A stretch of 64,000 bases of DNA from an uncultured delta proteobacterium (GTDB lineage: Bacteria; Myxococcota_A; Polyangia; Haliangiales; Haliangiaceae). A program made the position numbers and the translations under genes. The notes under the pieces are model-generated. The model worked only from the letters and a program-made list of their open reading frames with translations. It was not told the DNA's origin and did not search any database. Positions 59,815 to 64,000 of the stretch are shown here, piece by piece; the first letter of the stretch is position 1; every line of letters begins with the position of its first letter. The stretch lies in assembly GCA_963848295.1 (NCBI GenBank), contig CAWKDB010000010.1, forward strand, positions 3,360,001 through 3,424,000, written 5' to 3'.

Positions 59815-60324
59815 ATGATTTGTCTCGCACTCGGACTCGGAGTCCTCGGTTTCTGCGCGATGCGTAAAGCTCACCGTTGCCACGCTATGGCGATGGGTTA
59901 CGGCCCGTACTACGGCGGCTGGCATGGCCACGGTGGCTGGCAGCGCCGCGGTTGGGGCGGCGGCAATCGCCGGCGGTGGATGCTCAACGCGATGTTGAGC
60001 CGGATCGACGCGACGCCGGCGCAAGAGCGCGCGATCGTCAACGAGCTCGACCAGCTCGAGCATCGCGTGCGCGGTGCGAAGTCTGGGTTGCGGGACGCTC
60101 GCGGTGACCTCGCCGCTGCGGTGCGCGGTCCTAGCCTCGACGACGCGGCACTCGGCGGTGCGCTCGGCCGGCTCGACGCGACGACCGCGGAGGTTCGCGG
60201 TGCGGCACTCGACGCGCTCCGCAATATCCACGCGGTGCTCGACGACCGCCAGCGCGAGCAGGTCGCCGACATCATCGACAGCGGCTGGTGGCGGCGCGGC
60301 GGCGGAGCTCCGTACCGCGTATGA
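59815..60324 (+). CDS. CpxP/Spy/ZraP-like (LTXXQ-type) accessory protein
   Basis: AAGGAG RBS; hydrophobic N-terminus; His/Gly/Trp-rich linker; IDATPAQ and VLDDRQRE motifs; upstream of a two-component pair. Confidence 0.72.
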   Translation: MICLALGLGVLGFCAMRKAHRCHAMAMGYGPYYGGWHGHGGWQRRGWGGGNRRRWMLNAMLSRIDATPAQERAIVNELDQLEHRVRGAKSGLRDARGDLAAAVRGPSLDDAALGGALGRLDATTAEVRGAALDALRNIHAVLDDRQREQVADIIDSGWWRRGGGAPYRV

Positions 60325-60591
60325 CTGCTGCGACGGCACTTCGCTCGCCCGAAACGAGCGAGCGAACCGCGTGGCGACTCGCTGGCGCTGACTCCGGACA
60401 GCAAGCCCCGGTCGTCGCAGCGCACAAGTCGCTGCGGCCATCGGCGCGTGACCGGACGCGCGCGTTGATCGACGGTCACGGCTTGCGCGGGACCGGCAGC
60501 ACCGCCGCATGGCGGTGCGGTTCGATCGCACGCTGCGCGGAGCTGCTACTCGAAATGGCTAGTCCGAGCGAGGCGAGGGCATAATCACTCG

Positions 60592-61278
60592 ATGCGGGTC
60601 CTGCTGATCGATGACGACGCGCGGCTCGCCGAGCTGCTGGTCGGCTATCTCGGCCCGCAAGGCGTGACGCTGGTCCACGCCGGGGGTGGTCAGGCCGGGC
60701 TCGGTCAGCTCGCGACCGGTGGGTTCGACGCGATCCTGCTGGACGTCATGATGCCCGGGATGGATGGCCTCGCGGTGCTGCGCAAGATCCGCGACGCTGG
60801 CCACCGCGTGCCGGTGCTGATGTTGACCGCGCGTGGTGACGAGGCGGATCGCGTGGTCGGTCTCGAGCTCGGTGCCGACGATTACGTCGCGAAGCCGTTC
60901 TCGCCGCGCGAGCTGCTCGCGAGGCTGCGCGCCGTGTTGCGCCGGGCCGCGCCTGATGCGGTGGCCGAGAAGCTGTCGGCCGCGGGCATCGCGGTCGACA
61001 TCGGTGCACGCGAAGCGTGGGTCGACGGCACGCCGGTCGAGCTCACCGCGCTGGAGATCGACTTGCTCGTCGCGCTGCTGCGTCGCGCCGGTCGGGTCGT
61101 GCCGCGCGCGGCGTTGCTCGAGCTCGCGGGACGCGGCGACGTCACGGTCGGCGAACGCGCGGTCGACGTTCACATCTCGCGGCTGCGCAAGAAGCTCGGG
61201 GACGAGGCCGCGAGTCGGATCCGCACCGTGCGGGGCGTCGGCTACGTGCTCGCGCGCTCGACCGAGGATCCGGCGTGA
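60592..61278 (+). CDS. OmpR-family response regulator
   Basis: LIDDD, LDVMMP, GADDYVAKPF, VDVHISRLRKKL and IRTVRGVGY. Confidence 0.95.
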   Translation: MRVLLIDDDARLAELLVGYLGPQGVTLVHAGGGQAGLGQLATGGFDAILLDVMMPGMDGLAVLRKIRDAGHRVPVLMLTARGDEADRVVGLELGADDYVAKPFSPRELLARLRAVLRRAAPDAVAEKLSAAGIAVDIGAREAWVDGTPVELTALEIDLLVALLRRAGRVVPRAALLELAGRGDVTVGERAVDVHISRLRKKLGDEAASRIRTVRGVGYVLARSTEDPA

Positions 61279-62708
61279 CCGAGGACTCGTACAGCAAGCT
61301 CCACGTGATGATGGGCAACATCGAGCGCCGCGGTGCGTGGACCGTGCCCGAGTATCTCGATCTCAGCGTGCATTTCGGGAACATCGAGCTCGACTTCCGC
61401 GAAGCGCTGTTGGGCCCCGGCACGACGACGATCCACGTGCATTGTCGGATGGGCAACGTCGAGCTGATCGTGCCCGAAGAGATGCAGGTCGAGCTCAACG
61501 TCACGCCTTTCGCGGGCAACGTCGTCGAGCATCGCGCGCGCCCCGCCGGTGGCGATCCGAGCCAGCCGCGGCTACGGATCATCGGCACGGTGAAGGCGGG
61601 CAACTGCGAGGTCTTCGCACTGCAGCCCGGCGAGTCGCGGCGCGACGCGCACGAGCGCCATCGTCACCATCGTCATGGTCACCACGGCGGCCATCTCGAG
61701 TGGCGGCGCCAACGGTTCGAGGCGATCAAGGCCGAGCGCGCGCTGTGGATGCGCGATGGTCGCCGGTCGTGGCTGCCGTGGTGGCTGATGTCGCGGATGC
61801 GGCGCCGGATGTTCGGCTGGTTCGCGATCGCGTTCTCCGCGGGAGTGTTCGTGGGGGTCTACGCGTGGGACAGCCCGCGCTGGTGGCACATCGTGCTCGC
61901 GTTCATCGGGCTGTCGATGTTCTCCGGCGCGATCGCGTACCGACTGACCCGGCCGATGCTGATGGCGATCAAGGCGGCGACCGACATCGGCGACGGCAAG
62001 CTCGATACGCGGCTCGACACCGATCGCCACGGCGGCGAGATGCGGATCCTCGCGATGGCGCTCAACGAGATGGCCGGCAAGATCAAGCAGCAGCTCGCCG
62101 ATCAGCGCCAGCTGCTCGCGGCGGTGTCGCACGAGCTGCGCACGCCGCTCGGTCATATGCGCGTGCTGATCGAGACGGCGCGCGACACCGGCGGCACGAA
62201 ACCGCTCGACGAGCTCGAGCGCGAAGTGTTGATGCTCGACGATCTGGTCGGCAAGCTGCTCGCGCAATCGCGGTTGGAATTCGGCAACCTCGATCGCCAA
62301 CCGGTCGATCTCGGGGAGCTCGTCGCCGACGTCGCGACCTCCGCCGGCATCGCAGCCGAGGCGATCGAGGCCGAGGGCGATGTCCACGCGCCGATCGACC
62401 CGACCCTGGTTCGCCGCGCGGTCTCCAACCTGATCGACAACGCGCGCGTCCACGGCGGCGGTGCGATCGCGGTCCGCATCGTTCGCCGCGCCGCACAAGT
62501 CGCGATCGAGGTCGACGATGCCGGCCCCGGGGTCGCGCAAGACCGCCGCGCCGACGCGTTTCGCGCGTTCGTGCCGTCGAGCGCTGGCGGGCTCGGGCTC
62601 GGCCTGTCGCTCGTCTCGCGCATCGCGGTCGCGCACGGCGGCGGTGCCTGGATCTCGGACCGTCCGGGCGGCGGTGCGCGCGTCGGCTTCACGATCGCGA
62701 CGGTTTAG
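61275..62708 (+). CDS. HAMP sensor histidine kinase with N-terminal LiaF/DUF2154-like beta domain
   Basis: GTG start overlaps the regulator stop. Repeated (M/F)GN(I/V)E units, His-rich linker, two close TMs, HAMP, SHELRTPL, NLIDNA, DAGPG and GLGL. Confidence 0.88.
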   Translation: MTEDSYSKLHVMMGNIERRGAWTVPEYLDLSVHFGNIELDFREALLGPGTTTIHVHCRMGNVELIVPEEMQVELNVTPFAGNVVEHRARPAGGDPSQPRLRIIGTVKAGNCEVFALQPGESRRDAHERHRHHRHGHHGGHLEWRRQRFEAIKAERALWMRDGRRSWLPWWLMSRMRRRMFGWFAIAFSAGVFVGVYAWDSPRWWHIVLAFIGLSMFSGAIAYRLTRPMLMAIKAATDIGDGKLDTRLDTDRHGGEMRILAMALNEMAGKIKQQLADQRQLLAAVSHELRTPLGHMRVLIETARDTGGTKPLDELEREVLMLDDLVGKLLAQSRLEFGNLDRQPVDLGELVADVATSAGIAAEAIEAEGDVHAPIDPTLVRRAVSNLIDNARVHGGGAIAVRIVRRAAQVAIEVDDAGPGVAQDRRADAFRAFVPSSAGGLGLGLSLVSRIAVAHGGGAWISDRPGGGARVGFTIATV

Positions 62709-62747
62709 TCGTACTAAAACCGCGCCTGACCCAGGTCGGTGCGCGAT

Positions 62748-63146
62748 CTACGGTTTCGCTGCCGAGTATCCGCATGCGTGCTCGTCGATGACGCAGCTGT
62801 ATGCGGCTTTCACGGCCGGATCAGAGCTCAATGCCGAGCTGGCCCGCGCCCTCGCCCGTGCCTTGGACAGGATCAGGTTGATGTCGACATCGTTCGGCGT
62901 GCACAGGCCGAGCTGGACGAGGCTCTTCGCCGACGACAGGCAGCCGATCGTCTTCTGATCCCACTCGCGCTTCGTACATTCGTGCCCGAGCACGTCGTGG
63001 CGGGCGTCGCCGAGCACGCGGCTCGCGGGGGTCACCGGGTGCGCCGGGACCGCATGTTCGATGTCGATCACCGCGGTCGCGCAGTCGATCGTGCTGGTCT
63101 TGCGACAGCCCAGCAGCAACGCCAACGCGATCGCGAACCGGCTCAC
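62748..63146 (-). CDS. Hypothetical Cys-rich lipoprotein
   Basis: Lipobox LLGC; C...W......C motif. Confidence 0.65.
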   Translation of the reverse strand: MSRFAIALALLLGCRKTSTIDCATAVIDIEHAVPAHPVTPASRVLGDARHDVLGHECTKREWDQKTIGCLSSAKSLVQLGLCTPNDVDINLILSKARARARASSALSSDPAVKAAYSCVIDEHACGYSAAKP

Positions 63147-64000
63147 GCGCCGTCCATCGTGACCGTGCCGGTCGGCGAATCGCTGTGCTGGAGGATCGGC
63201 GCCGACGTGAATGGCAAGTTGAAGATCTCGAACAGGCCGTGCGTGATCTTGCGAGCGGTCTTCGCTTTGTTTGACTGATGGCCTTCGAACACCCAGTCGA
63301 AGAACCCCTGCGCGTTGAACGAGACGCCGATGAACAGGTTCTGGTGGTGCGCGTTGTCGGCGTAACCCGCCGGCGGGCTCGGCTTGTAACCGCGGCTATC
63401 AAAGCCGGCGGTGAGATCGATGAAGCGCGACAGGGTTCCGACCACGGGCTGCTCCCTTAGAGAGTGGATCGATCCGAGGTGATACGCGAGTAGATACGTC
63501 TCACCACTGTAATCTTCTGCGATGTTCAGGCGACCGTAATTGTTGCTGCCCGCGACGTTGTCCCAATACTCCTTGCTCGGGAAGTACTGGACTCGATAGT
63601 CGAACATCTCGTCGATCTTTGGAATGTTGTCGAACAGCAGCGCCATGATCGCGCCGACCGTGTCGCCCGTGAGATCGCTCGGGGAGAACTCGTAGAAGAA
63701 GCCGTCTTTGACCTCGACGAAGAAGAACAGGGTTTCGGACAACGCGGTCGAGATCAGGCTCGACTTGAAGTGATCGTAACCGCCGTACTTCGACAGGATC
63801 AGCGTGCCGGCGCGCGCGAGGTTCATCGTCGCCCACGCGTGCCCGAACTTGTCGGCACCGCCGGCGTAGGTGCGCGAGCCAAGCCACCCGTCGCCGCCCC
63901 ACTTGTAGTAGCTGAGCGGCTTGTGCTTGACGTACCAGGCTAGATACGCCCACGAGCTGAACGTGAGGTACATGCCGCCGACGATCGCGATCGACGCGGT
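63143..64000 (-). CDS. DUF2279/YfiM-like outer-membrane-associated protein (5' end outside window)
   Basis: GGADKFGHAW, EVKDG..Y.FS..DL..D..G and EDYSGETY; frame stays open to the window edge. Confidence 0.75.
   Translation of the reverse strand, partial: TASIAIVGGMYLTFSSWAYLAWYVKHKPLSYYKWGGDGWLGSRTYAGGADKFGHAWATMNLARAGTLILSKYGGYDHFKSSLISTALSETLFFFVEVKDGFFYEFSPSDLTGDTVGAIMALLFDNIPKIDEMFDYRVQYFPSKEYWDNVAGSNNYGRLNIAEDYSGETYLLAYHLGSIHSLREQPVVGTLSRFIDLTAGFDSRGYKPSPPAGYADNAHHQNLFIGVSFNAQGFFDWVFEGHQSNKAKTARKITHGLFEIFNLPFTSAPILQHSDSPTGTVTMDGA

Noticed and set aside
59355..59816. 153-aa minus-strand ORF with repeated GDAV.IVNL
   Set aside because: It is a read-through of the DNA repeat plus part of the GNAT remnant, and its start abuts the start of the opposite-strand gene.

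Overview
High-GC bacterial DNA, probably from a myxobacterium (Myxococcota). This is inferred from a MYXO-CTERM-type C-terminus, a Hanks-type Ser/Thr kinase, a double-FHA membrane protein and a thrombospondin-3/OmpA protein; there is no rRNA or marker-gene proof. Bases 1-26380 carry a tightly coupled, minus-strand flagellar cluster (flgB...flgL, running off the left edge), and motAB lies at 30490-32134. This is unexpected for a group described as non-flagellated gliders. The intergenic DNA shows a regulatory pattern. Six sigma54-type GG-N10-GC promoters sit immediately before start codons, five of them exactly 13 nt away, which implies leaderless mRNAs. Four of them (flgB, fliM, flhB and an uncharacterised outer-membrane protein/lipoprotein/HDOD operon) share an upstream CGCCA-N4-TGGCG-type palindrome at helically phased distances. 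A sigma28-type promoter precedes flgM. The right half is mixed envelope and housekeeping DNA: a lipoprotein truncated globin, a cobalamin riboswitch with a BtuB-like receptor and a beta-propeller lipoprotein, an ftsE-ftsX-envC-ctpA-like cluster whose FtsE lacks its catalytic residues, a PadR/DrrAB-type exporter with a perfect operator, psuG, comM, a hidden GNAT pseudogene next to a 28-bp direct repeat, and a two-component system whose kinase carries a LiaF-like N-terminal domain. All protein calls come from motif recognition by eye; no database searches were run.
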